Shown piece by piece: positions 7,603 to 18,460 of a DNA stretch of 64,000 nt. The notes below the pieces were generated by a model that had not been told where the DNA came from, did not search any database, and saw nothing but the letters and a program-made list of their open reading frames with translations. Source of the stretch: Micavibrio sp. UBA2705 (GTDB lineage: Bacteria; Pseudomonadota; Alphaproteobacteria; Micavibrionales; Micavibrionaceae); the NCBI GenBank assembly GCA_002354205.1, contig DELD01000002.1, positions 15,496 to 79,495 of the forward strand, read 5' to 3'. Position 1 is the first letter of the stretch. The number at the start of each line of letters is the position of its first letter. Position numbers and translations under genes: made by a program.

Positions 7603-10200
7603 ATGAAAGATTCTGATACAGATAGAGAAGGCATAGACCTCGACAACCTGCCCCCTGACATCGTGCGCACGAAATATTGGCACGCGATTGATAATGAACG
7701 CGTCCAATGCGATTTATGCCCGCGTGCGTGCAAAATGAAACAGGGGCAGCGCGGCCTATGCTTTATTCGCCAGAACCTTGGCGGCGAAGTCGTGATGACC
7801 AGCTATGGGCGTTCGTCAGGGTTTTGCATTGACCCTATTGAAAAGAAACCCCTCAACCACTTCCTACCCGGCACGCCTGTCTTATCGCTTGGCACTGCCG
7901 GGTGTAATTTATCGTGTAATTTCTGCCAAAATTGGGATATTTCCAAAGCCCGCGCCATGGATAACATACAGGACCTCGCAAGCCCTGAGGCCATCGCCGA
8001 CGCTGCGGTGCGTACAGGCTGTAAATCGGTTGCTTTCACCTATAACGACCCTGTGATTTTCCATGAATATGCGATTGATATTGCGCAGGCCTGTCATGAA
8101 CGCGATATTAAAACCGTTGCCGTCACAGCGGGTTATGTTTGCGATGCACCGCGCAAAGAGTTTTACGCCCATATGGACGCTGCAAATGTTGATTTAAAAG
8201 CATTCTCACAGGATTTTTACTGGAAACAAACCAAGAGCGAGCTGCGCCCTGTGCTAGATACGCTTGAATATTTAAAACATGAAACCAATGTTTGGTTTGA
8301 AATCACGACCCTGCTCATTCCCGATGAGAACGATTCCAGCCAAGAAATCACCGAACAATGCGAATGGATTGTAAAGCACCTTGGTACAGATGTGCCGATC
8401 CATTTCAGCGCGTTTCACCCTGATTATCGGATGAAGGATAAAAACCACACCCCGCCTGCGACCCTAAAACGCGCGCGGCAAATTGCGCTCGATCACGGGC
8501 TTGAATACGTCTATACAGGCAATATTCATGACCCAATAGGCGACACTACATATTGCCCCAAATGCCAAGCCGAGCTGATTAAACGCGACTGGTATCAAAT
8601 TAATGGCTGGGGTTTAACCGATGATGGATCATGCAGCCATTGCGGTTATAAAATCGCAGGGCGCTTTGATGGCAAGCATGGCGATTGGGGGCGCAAGCGC
8701 GTGCCGGTGCGCATCGGCGCAGAAAATGTCACCATCGCACCGCCCGTGAGTAAACGTAAAGAACCACCAAAGCGCCAACATAATATGCCGCCAGAAATGG
8801 TTAGAAGGAGATATGAAATGCCCAAAGATTCCAATTTATCGATGCTTGATCCTCAAGTTGCTGGTGCATTTTACCCCAATGACCCATCAAGACTTTCTGT
8901 CATGGTTGATAACATCATCAATAATGCCCGCGCCCCTGCCATGCAGCCAAAGGCGATTATTGCGCCTCATGCAGGATATATTTATTCAGGCGCAATTGCA
9001 GGCAATGCCTATAAAACCGTGGCGCATCGTGCCAATAAAATCAAGAAAATCGTCCTGTTCGGCCCGCCGCACCGCGCCCCCGTGCGCGGTATCTGCGTCC
9101 CCAAATATGACGCATTACTGACTCCGCTTGGCCCAGTGAGCATCAATAAAGAAGGCATTGAAACGCTTAAAACCCTCGACTATGTCTATGCCGACAACGC
9201 GCCCTTTAAAGGCGAACATGACCTTGAAGTGCAGCTGCCCTTTATTCAGCGCGTCTTTGAACATGCCCAGATTATTCCCGCCCTGATCGGTCAGACAACG
9301 CCCGAGCAAGTCGCCGATGCGCTGAAGCTGTTATGGGGCGACGAAGAAACGCTGATTATCATTTCATCAGACCTCAGCCATTTTGAGGAATATAAAGACA
9401 CATATAAACTTGATAATGCCGCAGCAATTGCAATCGAGACCCTTAACCCCGCGGGGCTGAACGATCAGCAAGCCTGCGGACGCCACGCGATACGCGGCCT
9501 GTTATTAGAAGCGCAGCGCCGCCAAATGCGCGCCACCACTATTGATCTGCGTAATAGCGGCGACACCAAAGGTGATAAAAGCCGCTGCGTTGGTTATGGC
9601 GCGTTTGTTTTTGAATATAATGATGGCATTAAAACCGACCCGCGCCTTGCTGAGAATATGCTCACGGTAGCCAAAACCATGGTGATTGAAACTGCCAAAC
9701 AAAATGGCCGTAAGGCGCAAATTCAGCTCAAAGGCGTGCCTCGACCCTTAATGAACCAGCGCGGCGTCTTCGTCACTATTAACAAGAAAGGCCAGCTACG
9801 CGGCTGCTACGGCTCATTCATCCCGAATAAACCTCTCATCCTTGATATTGCGGAGCAGTCATATAATGCAGGGTTTAACGACCCACGTTTTGCGCCGCTT
9901 AAAACCGAGGAATTAAAAGATTGTGATATTGGCCTGTCTATCCTTTCCATCCCAGGGCCATTAGAGTTCACAGATGAAGCGGATTTATTAAGCAAGATCC
10001 AGCCCAATATTGACGGACTTATTTTAAAAGATGGGCGCCACCAAGGCTTGTTCCTGCCGCAAGTATGGGAAAGCCTCACAACGCCAAAAGACTTCTTAAA
10101 CGGCCTTAAACGCAAAGCTGGATTGCCGGAAGATCACTGGTCAGAAAGCGTCACTATTCAACGCTTCACGGCTGAAAAAATTGGCCCTGTGAAGTTTTAA
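7603..10200 (+). CDS. Triple-fusion AmmeMemoRadiSam protein: radical SAM enzyme + Memo-like (protein B) + AMMECR1 (protein A)
   Basis: Radical SAM domain, aa 1-~370: 'CDLCPRAC', radical SAM 'CNLSCNFCQNW', C-terminal 'CPKC..CSHCG'. Memo domain, aa ~418-680: 'APHAGYIYSG', 'GPPH', 'EHDLEVQLPF', 'ISSDLSH', 'ACG'. AMMECR1 domain, aa ~690-865: 'LRGCYGSF', 'NDPRFAPL', 'GLFLPQVWE'. Approximate domain spans: 7603-8715, 8854-9645, 9670-10200. Confidence 0.85.
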   Translation: MKDSDTDREGIDLDNLPPDIVRTKYWHAIDNERVQCDLCPRACKMKQGQRGLCFIRQNLGGEVVMTSYGRSSGFCIDPIEKKPLNHFLPGTPVLSLGTAGCNLSCNFCQNWDISKARAMDNIQDLASPEAIADAAVRTGCKSVAFTYNDPVIFHEYAIDIAQACHERDIKTVAVTAGYVCDAPRKEFYAHMDAANVDLKAFSQDFYWKQTKSELRPVLDTLEYLKHETNVWFEITTLLIPDENDSSQEITEQCEWIVKHLGTDVPIHFSAFHPDYRMKDKNHTPPATLKRARQIALDHGLEYVYTGNIHDPIGDTTYCPKCQAELIKRDWYQINGWGLTDDGSCSHCGYKIAGRFDGKHGDWGRKRVPVRIGAENVTIAPPVSKRKEPPKRQHNMPPEMVRRRYEMPKDSNLSMLDPQVAGAFYPNDPSRLSVMVDNIINNARAPAMQPKAIIAPHAGYIYSGAIAGNAYKTVAHRANKIKKIVLFGPPHRAPVRGICVPKYDALLTPLGPVSINKEGIETLKTLDYVYADNAPFKGEHDLEVQLPFIQRVFEHAQIIPALIGQTTPEQVADALKLLWGDEETLIIISSDLSHFEEYKDTYKLDNAAAIAIETLNPAGLNDQQACGRHAIRGLLLEAQRRQMRATTIDLRNSGDTKGDKSRCVGYGAFVFEYNDGIKTDPRLAENMLTVAKTMVIETAKQNGRKAQIQLKGVPRPLMNQRGVFVTINKKGQLRGCYGSFIPNKPLILDIAEQSYNAGFNDPRFAPLKTEELKDCDIGLSILSIPGPLEFTDEADLLSKIQPNIDGLILKDGRHQGLFLPQVWESLTTPKDFLNGLKRKAGLPEDHWSESVTIQRFTAEKIGPVKF

Positions 10201-10227
10201 TAAAGCGCATTTTATGGGAGCATAAAT

Positions 10228-11730
10228 ATGATGTATCAATCTCTTAGTGAAATAAATGACCTCTTTGATGTCTTTTTCATCGTATTTTTTGGTATTTGGC
10301 AATTTGGCTTTGCGCTTGGCGGCGCGTTTATGCTGCTTATTGGCGCGGTAATTATTTATGATTTTTTTAATTGGCGTTCTGGTGCAGATAAGTATTTAAC
10401 CGAGGGTGATATTATTGGCGTTCGCGTTTCAGGGCGTACAACATCCGCACAAAAGGACGATGAAGAAGATATTACTGCCTCTCTTGACATGCAGGATTGG
10501 CAGCGCCGCAAAAATGGCAAGAAAGCAGGGTTTTTATCTGCTGCCTTTGGCAATTTCTTTGCCCTGTTAGTCGTTTTAATGTTTTTTGGCATCCCCGCCG
10601 CATTTTTCGCTTTTGGCGCACATACGGCATATGATTATCACAAGTTACAAAAAGACGGCGCGCGTAGCCAAGGCATAGTTTCAGACTATAAAAGCTATTA
10701 TGATAGCGATAGCGGCACAACCTATAATGCGGTTATAAGCTATACAGATCAGACTGGAACGCCCCATGAGGTTAAAGACCGCATTGGCAGCGGCAAACGC
10801 AAATTTACCATTGGGCAGCGTGTCAGGGTTATCTATGACAAACAAAAACCCGCACATTTTTACATTGACGATTACTGGCACAATATGACCATCGCCTATG
10901 TCTTTATCAGCATAGCATTGCTGTTCTTTTTTTTGGTTTTTGGCGGTTTCAACCTTATCGCGGATAAGTTCAAAGGCACGAAGCATTACACCAGCGCGCC
11001 GCAGAAAAAACGCCGCCAAGAAAACTATGACGGTGAAATCTATTACGAAGTGATTGAGTATGTCACCCGCGACGGACAGCGCGTGCGCGCAAGCACAAAT
11101 AGCGGCAGCTCGTCATTAAAAAACAAAATCCCCGGCAGCCGCGTCCAAATTATTGCCAGCAAAAAAGACCCTGAATCTGTGCGCCGCCGCACCACGCTGT
11201 GGCTATGGATAGGCCTGATTGTCGGCGTTGGGCCTGGGCTTGGCCTGCTGACCCTCGCTTTCGCCAAAGGCATTAGCCCATTTTTCTTTGTCATACTGGC
11301 CTTTTTTGCCCTCAAGAAAGGGCCTAAAATTTATAAAATTTGGGCGGAATATAAGGCGCTATCCCCCGAAGAACAAGAAGAGAAGAAGGATGCTTTCGCA
11401 AAAAAGAAAATTACGCGCAAAGCCGAGAGAAACGCAGGGCCTTTATTAGACAAATATGACATTCAAGACCGCCTGCGCTTTTATGCTGCGCGCGCTAAAG
11501 TTAGCGCGTTCATCTTACTCATCCTAGCTGGAAGCCTTTTAAGCACGGCTTATTATATGGATACCAGTTTCTACGAAAACATAATTTCTAACCCACAAAG
11601 CATATTTGATTTTCAGGGCGAAAAACTAAAAGAAGATCACTTTATCAGCCTTATCCTTGGCGGCTTTGGTATATTTTTATCCATTATATGCGTACAAAGC
11701 TACCTCGCAGCACGGACGAAACGATTCTAA
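10228..11730 (+). CDS. Polytopic membrane protein with two DUF3592-like modules
   Basis: Several TM helices. Two similar soluble modules ('GIVSDYKSY..YNAVISYTDQTGTPHEV..GQRVRVIYDKQKP' and 'YYEVIEYVTRDGQRVRA..PGSRVQIIASKKDP') match the DUF3592 pattern. Confidence 0.6.
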   Translation: MMYQSLSEINDLFDVFFIVFFGIWQFGFALGGAFMLLIGAVIIYDFFNWRSGADKYLTEGDIIGVRVSGRTTSAQKDDEEDITASLDMQDWQRRKNGKKAGFLSAAFGNFFALLVVLMFFGIPAAFFAFGAHTAYDYHKLQKDGARSQGIVSDYKSYYDSDSGTTYNAVISYTDQTGTPHEVKDRIGSGKRKFTIGQRVRVIYDKQKPAHFYIDDYWHNMTIAYVFISIALLFFFLVFGGFNLIADKFKGTKHYTSAPQKKRRQENYDGEIYYEVIEYVTRDGQRVRASTNSGSSSLKNKIPGSRVQIIASKKDPESVRRRTTLWLWIGLIVGVGPGLGLLTLAFAKGISPFFFVILAFFALKKGPKIYKIWAEYKALSPEEQEEKKDAFAKKKITRKAERNAGPLLDKYDIQDRLRFYAARAKVSAFILLILAGSLLSTAYYMDTSFYENIISNPQSIFDFQGEKLKEDHFISLILGGFGIFLSIICVQSYLAARTKRF

Positions 11731-11732
11731 TG

Positions 11733-12110
11733 CTATCGGATATTTACGGCTAAATTACATACAGCCCATGATAAAGTTTGTTCATAGGCGAGGCGCTGTT
11801 CCAAAGTTGGCGGGTCTGCATCCATCAATGCGCTAAACTCATCGCTATTACGCACCTCATATTGCGCATCTTCTAATGCTGCTTTCATGCTACGCATCAG
11901 CGCGTCATCTTTAGAAAAATCAATGGTGATAACGCCTTCAGGTCCATGAAACTTCATATCACCCGTCTCAATAAAGGCGCGAAAACTGGTCATGCCGACA
12001 TCAATGCCTGCAATCTCACGTGAAGCCCAACTTCCTGTTGCCGCGGCTATGTAATCTTGCTCTGCAAGATTCGCTGACTTATCGTTAAAAAGATCTTTGT
12101 AATACGACAT
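11733..12110 (-). CDS. Hypothetical protein (125 aa)
   Basis: ATG at 12110 is preceded by an AAGGGG RBS. The ORF-track TTG start at 12146 is less likely. No recognisable motif. Confidence 0.45.
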   Translation of the reverse strand: MSYYKDLFNDKSANLAEQDYIAAATGSWASREIAGIDVGMTSFRAFIETGDMKFHGPEGVITIDFSKDDALMRSMKAALEDAQYEVRNSDEFSALMDADPPTLEQRLAYEQTLSWAVCNLAVNIR

Positions 12111-12250
12111 TACCCCACAACCCCTTATGGTATAGTTGCTTACCAAAATACTATAAAGGGGTTAATTTTCAATAAACGCTGGGGGCGATTATCCTCCCTT
12201 ATTTACAACGGCAAATGCATTAAACTTTTGCCCAATGCTAAAAACGCTCT

Positions 12251-12679
12251 ATGATTACTGTTATGAAGATTTCAACGATACGCATAAATACAGCCCAAGA
12301 TACAAAACAGCACAGCCTATTACGCTATGTCGGCTGGGCGATTAACGGCCTTTCTATTCTCGCCATTTCGGCGCATTTGGGCGGCGGCTTTATAGCTGTA
12401 CTTAGCGCATGTTTATTGACGTTAATTTTGCCGCCCATTGCCGCCATATTCGCCTTTTTCGCCGCCATTACAACATGGGGCTGGCCGTGGTATTTGGCGC
12501 TGATCATTTTCTTGTGGCCTGTTGTTTTCCTTGTTCTTGGCATAGGTATGCTTGGCAGCGTCTATTTATGGATGCGCCATAAATTTAAGCCGCAAGCGCC
12601 AAATCCCGAAAGCGAAGCCATTGAAGTTGAATATGAAATCATTGATGAGCAAGAAGATGAGCCCGCGGAAAAACCCTAG
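12251..12679 (+). CDS. Small integral membrane protein with acidic C-terminal tail
   Basis: Three to four hydrophobic helices and an acidic tail ('EYEIIDEQEDEPAEKP'). Confidence 0.5.
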   Translation: MITVMKISTIRINTAQDTKQHSLLRYVGWAINGLSILAISAHLGGGFIAVLSACLLTLILPPIAAIFAFFAAITTWGWPWYLALIIFLWPVVFLVLGIGMLGSVYLWMRHKFKPQAPNPESEAIEVEYEIIDEQEDEPAEKP

Positions 12680-12937
12680 CCAGCCCCTTTCACACAAGGG
12701 CTGATGCCTAAAATGCAATCAATAATAAACATAATTTTTACGCCTGCTGCGCTATACTCAATGAATGGGAGTTTGGGTTGGAATGATGATTGTCTAGGAT
12801 TTGCCGCAAAAAGATAACGATTCTTATGCACCCCGCCCCAATGCTCCGCATTCAGGCTCCGTCTTAGGCTGCACATTATTTTCCCAAATAACAAAACTAT
12901 AAAAACAATAAACAGCCAGTAACGGGAGTAACATAGA

Positions 12938-13294
12938 ATGAAATACCAAAAATGGGTTATTTTTAGCGCAGCGATTTCTGCAATCATGCTTAGCACAGCC
13001 ACACAATGTAAAGCCGCCGGCGTTATGGGTTTTGAAATAAACGATTACGCGCCACTTTTACAACAAGACCAATTCACGCAGGAACAAGATATACAGCTTT
13101 ATGAGAAACGTGGCTTCCATTATGACCGCTATTCACACCATCTGTTTGAACAATCAGGCGAGCGTCAAATAGAGGCGCGCATACGTTATTTTAAAAATGA
13201 GCGCATGCAAATCAGCCATGATTATGGCGCGAATTTTACAGATGGCAGCGCGGAATCTGTGCGCGCCATGCTGCGCATGACCTTCAAATTCTAA
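12938..13294 (+). CDS. Small exported protein
   Basis: Signal peptide 'MKYQKWVIFSAAISAIMLSTATQCKA'. C-terminus '...MLRMTFKF' resembles an outer-membrane-protein terminal aromatic signature. Confidence 0.5.
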   Translation: MKYQKWVIFSAAISAIMLSTATQCKAAGVMGFEINDYAPLLQQDQFTQEQDIQLYEKRGFHYDRYSHHLFEQSGERQIEARIRYFKNERMQISHDYGANFTDGSAESVRAMLRMTFKF

Positions 13295-13308
13295 GCTGCA
13301 CATGTAAA

Positions 13309-13379
13309 TTGAATCTCAATAAAAATGCACGGCAGAGCCAAAACGCACTGTTTTTATCAAATAAATTATTGAGATTCAA
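13309..13379. repeat. Perfect 14-bp inverted repeat (ttgaatctcaataa / ttattgagattcaa) with 43-nt spacer
   Basis: Arms at 13309-13322 and 13366-13379. Each arm contains a GANTC site. Lies between the stop of the 12938-13294 gene and the channel gene start. Confidence 0.6.
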
Positions 13380-13408
13380 AATCTCTACGCTATCATAGAT
13401 CAATTATT

Positions 13409-14269
13409 TTGATTCCTAACTCAAGGTTCTCCCCTATGGTACGCCCAGCACATATTCAGTTTAAAAATACACTACAGCAAAAATTAGCGAATATTGTCGA
13501 GAATCCTTATGTTATCGGTTTTATTACCGTTTTGATTATTATTAACGCCATTACCCTTGGCCTTGAGACATCCGACACAATATCTAGTGAATTTGGGCAT
13601 TTTTTTCACTTGCTTGACGTGACCATACTTGGCGTATTTACAGCCGAGCTGCTCGCTAAACTCTACGCCTATCGCTTGTCCTTTTTCAAAAGCGGTTGGA
13701 ATGTCTTTGACTTTTTGATCGTCGCTATCGCATGGATACCCGCAAGCGGCCCATTCGCAGTCTTTCGGGCGCTGCGTATCCTAAGGGTACTGCGCCTACT
13801 TTCTGTTGTCCCGCAGCTGCGCCGCGTTATTAACGCACTTGGTCATTCTATACCGGGCATGTCATCCGTTTTTGGCGTGCTTTGCCTGATATTCTATATT
13901 TGCGCAGTCCTCACAACAAAAATATTTGGCGCGCATCCTGACCCACATATGCAAGAATTATTCGGCACAATGGGCGCGTCCACATATACATTATTCCAAG
14001 TCATGACGTTAGAAGGCTGGACCAGTGAAGTTGTTGGCCCAACAATGGAAATTTTTCCTTGGGCATGGATGTTCTTTGTCCCCTTCATCATCACCACCAG
14101 CTTTGCGGTACTAAACTTGTTTATCGGCATTATCGTTGATGCCATGAACGTCGTACAAAACGGGCATCATGGTGAAGAGCTTGAAGAAGTTGACCTCAAA
14201 ACCATTCATTATGATGTCAGAGAACTGCGTAAAGAGATTTCAGAACTGAAAAAACAGCTCGAAAAATAG
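13409..14269 (+). CDS. Bacterial voltage-gated cation channel (BacNav/NaChBac family, single 6-TM domain)
   Basis: S4 voltage sensor 'FRALRILRVLRLLSVVPQLRRV' (Arg every third residue). Pore loop 'FQVMTLEGWTSEVV'. S6 'FAVLNLFIGIIVDAM'. C-terminal coiled coil. The TTG start at 13409 may instead be the ATG at 13436. Confidence 0.85.
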   Translation: MIPNSRFSPMVRPAHIQFKNTLQQKLANIVENPYVIGFITVLIIINAITLGLETSDTISSEFGHFFHLLDVTILGVFTAELLAKLYAYRLSFFKSGWNVFDFLIVAIAWIPASGPFAVFRALRILRVLRLLSVVPQLRRVINALGHSIPGMSSVFGVLCLIFYICAVLTTKIFGAHPDPHMQELFGTMGASTYTLFQVMTLEGWTSEVVGPTMEIFPWAWMFFVPFIITTSFAVLNLFIGIIVDAMNVVQNGHHGEELEEVDLKTIHYDVRELRKEISELKKQLEK

Positions 14270-14314
14270 CCGATTATTGATATCTTATACAGTATAATAA
14301 ATGACAAAAAAACA

Positions 14315-14346
14315 CAAAAAAACCCCGCAACAAAGCGGGGTTTTAT
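14315..14346. terminator. Bidirectional rho-independent terminator (channel gene / gyrB)
   Basis: Stem aaccccgc (14321-14328) / gcggggtt (14335-14342), flanked by an A-run and a T-run. Confidence 0.85.
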
Positions 14347-14373
14347 TATATTTCGTGACTTAATTAAGCCGCG

Positions 14374-16836
<2,463 letters not shown>

Positions 16837-17144
16837 TTAGAACCTCATAGATATAGCATCTGCGCCACACAGAGTCTTGCATTTTCTGGCTTTAAAGCAG
16901 AAAAATACAGGGAAAAATACCGATAAAAACACAGATACACAGCAAAGCCGCCTTAAGAAAAAATCAAGCGGCCTCAAACTCTTTTTGAACGGCCAATATC
17001 TCCTAGGTAGTGATAAAGATTTTTAAACCAACATAGCCACGAGAACTGCATGCCCTAGAGCATTGCACAGCACGTCAAAAGAAAAAGCCCCGAAGAAATC
17101 AGGGCTTTAAAATCAATATAAAATCAATAAATGGGAGTGTAAGC

Positions 17145-17699
17145 TTACGCCGAAGCGACTTTCTTGACGTTCTTATCTGCATCAACAAAATCATCAATTT
17201 TGAATTTACGTGAACGCGTTGTTGTTTGATACGCGATTTGACCATGTTCTGGGCAATACGGCAAACCTGTTTCAGAATGCGCACCACAAAAACCAAATTC
17301 TGCACTTTTCGGATCACCAATAGGCCAGCGACACATACGCTCACTCAACTCAGACAGAGGCAAGCGCTGCCCTTTATTCTTAATAATCTCAACATCCTGT
17401 TTAGACGGTGCGTTAACAGATGTTACCGTACGTTTTGGTGCAGGTTTCGGCTTTTCTACAGCTTCGGCAGCCTTGGCTTTGACGCGCGGTTTCGCGTTAC
17501 TTTGCTCTTTCGCCACTTTAACAGTCTTTTTGCTTGCCTGTATCGGAGACGCACGACCAGAAAGTTTCAAACGGTGTGCCTTGCCAATCACAGCATTACG
17601 CGTAACGCCTTCACCTAATTCCTTGGCAATTTCCGCAGCGGTTTTTCCATCGCCCCACATCTTTGTTAATACAGATACACGTTCGTCAGTCCAAGCCAT
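17145..17699 (-). CDS. gcrA: Cell-cycle transcriptional regulator GcrA
   Basis: 'MAWTDERVSVLTKMWGDGKTAAEIAKELG..VTRNAVIGKAHRL' plus C-terminal 'CRWPIGDP....FCG......PYCPEH'. ATG at 17699 has a GGGAGA RBS. The longer ORF-track start at 17768 is rejected. Confidence 0.9.
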   Translation of the reverse strand: MAWTDERVSVLTKMWGDGKTAAEIAKELGEGVTRNAVIGKAHRLKLSGRASPIQASKKTVKVAKEQSNAKPRVKAKAAEAVEKPKPAPKRTVTSVNAPSKQDVEIIKNKGQRLPLSELSERMCRWPIGDPKSAEFGFCGAHSETGLPYCPEHGQIAYQTTTRSRKFKIDDFVDADKNVKKVASA

Positions 17700-17891
17700 C
17701 AAAATATCTCCCACACTTTGGTTGAGCTTTAAAAACAAAGGATTCACAACAGCTTGGCTGTAAATCACTCCTCGAATAAATCTTAGTTACTCAATAATTG
17801 TCGCTAATGAAGAAGACCATATCACACTCACGAATCGGTGGGATAGATTCTCGAAGTAAAAAACTTGCCTTATGCACACAAAAACTTTCTT

Positions 17892-17915
17892 TTATCAACA
17901 GAGGCTTGTTGATAA
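17892..17915. promoter_or_regulatory. Palindrome of two DnaA-box-like 9-mers (TTATCAACA-N6-TGTTGATAA) in the gcrA upstream / divergent region
   Basis: Perfect 9-bp inverted repeat. Each half matches TTATCCACA at 8/9 positions. About 195 nt upstream of the gcrA ATG. Confidence 0.35.
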
Positions 17916-18052
17916 CTTGTTTTTATCGTTTTTTAGAGGATCTTACTGACAGCCGCTTTGTCATAGCGCTGTGTATTACTTTTATTTGCTCACCATTGAC
18001 TTTATGGCAAAAAGCACATAAACATAGTTATGGATATTACAGGAAGAGAAAA

Positions 18053-18385
18053 ATGAGCCTTACAATCGGACTTACAACATTATTTGGATCAGCAGTAGGC
18101 GCTGGCATTGGCGTTGTTTATGGCTATGTAACGCAAGTTAGCGGATCAACATTCGGAGCACTCAACCCCAAAGCGACTGCGCTCGCTGGTGCTATTATCT
18201 TTGGCGGCGCTGGCTGGGCGGCTGGTGATTATTACGAAAGCCAGCAACCTGTCAGCGGCAACATCACGCAGCAGCAAGCGCAGGAAATAGCCGCATGCCA
18301 CAGCGCTGCCCCTGAGGGCTTTAAGGTGGAATCTAGCGTCAACAAAGATGGCAGCGTCAGCTGTAGCTACCTCAAACCAAATTAA
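18053..18385 (+). CDS. Small glycine-zipper membrane protein
   Basis: ATG at 18053 has an AGGAAGAG RBS. 'GSAVGAGIGVVYG' and 'ALAGAIIFGGAGWAAG' are Gly-zipper helices. The upstream 85 codons of the ORF-track call look non-coding. Confidence 0.55.
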   Translation: MSLTIGLTTLFGSAVGAGIGVVYGYVTQVSGSTFGALNPKATALAGAIIFGGAGWAAGDYYESQQPVSGNITQQQAQEIAACHSAAPEGFKVESSVNKDGSVSCSYLKPN

Positions 18386-18415
18386 AGACACATCTATATA
18401 TAGAAGCTCAAAAAT

Positions 18416-18449
18416 AAAAAGCAGCCAATGTATGAACATGGCTGCTTTT
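18416..18449. terminator. Bidirectional rho-independent terminator (small membrane protein / era)
   Basis: Stem gcagccaatg (18421-18430) / catggctgc (18437-18445), flanked by AAAAA and TTTT. Confidence 0.85.
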
Positions 18450-18460
18450 ATTGTTTGTGT

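Noticed and set aside
12676-13006. Minus-strand ORFs of 108 and 60 aa in the 12680-12937 intergenic region
   Set aside because: They overlap the start and signal peptide of the plus-strand gene at 12938. They have odd Cys/Phe/Trp-rich composition and no RBS.
17700-17768. Longer GcrA start (ORF-track 17768)
   Set aside because: GcrA proteins begin 'M(A/S)WTDER'. The ATG at 17699 has a GGGAGA RBS, and the extension has no homology-like content.
17798-18052. N-terminal 85-codon extension of the small membrane protein (ORF-track start at 17798)
   Set aside because: It begins with a non-ATG codon and is AT-rich with non-coding-like composition. It would also swallow the gcrA promoter region and the palindrome. 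A good RBS precedes the internal ATG at 18053.
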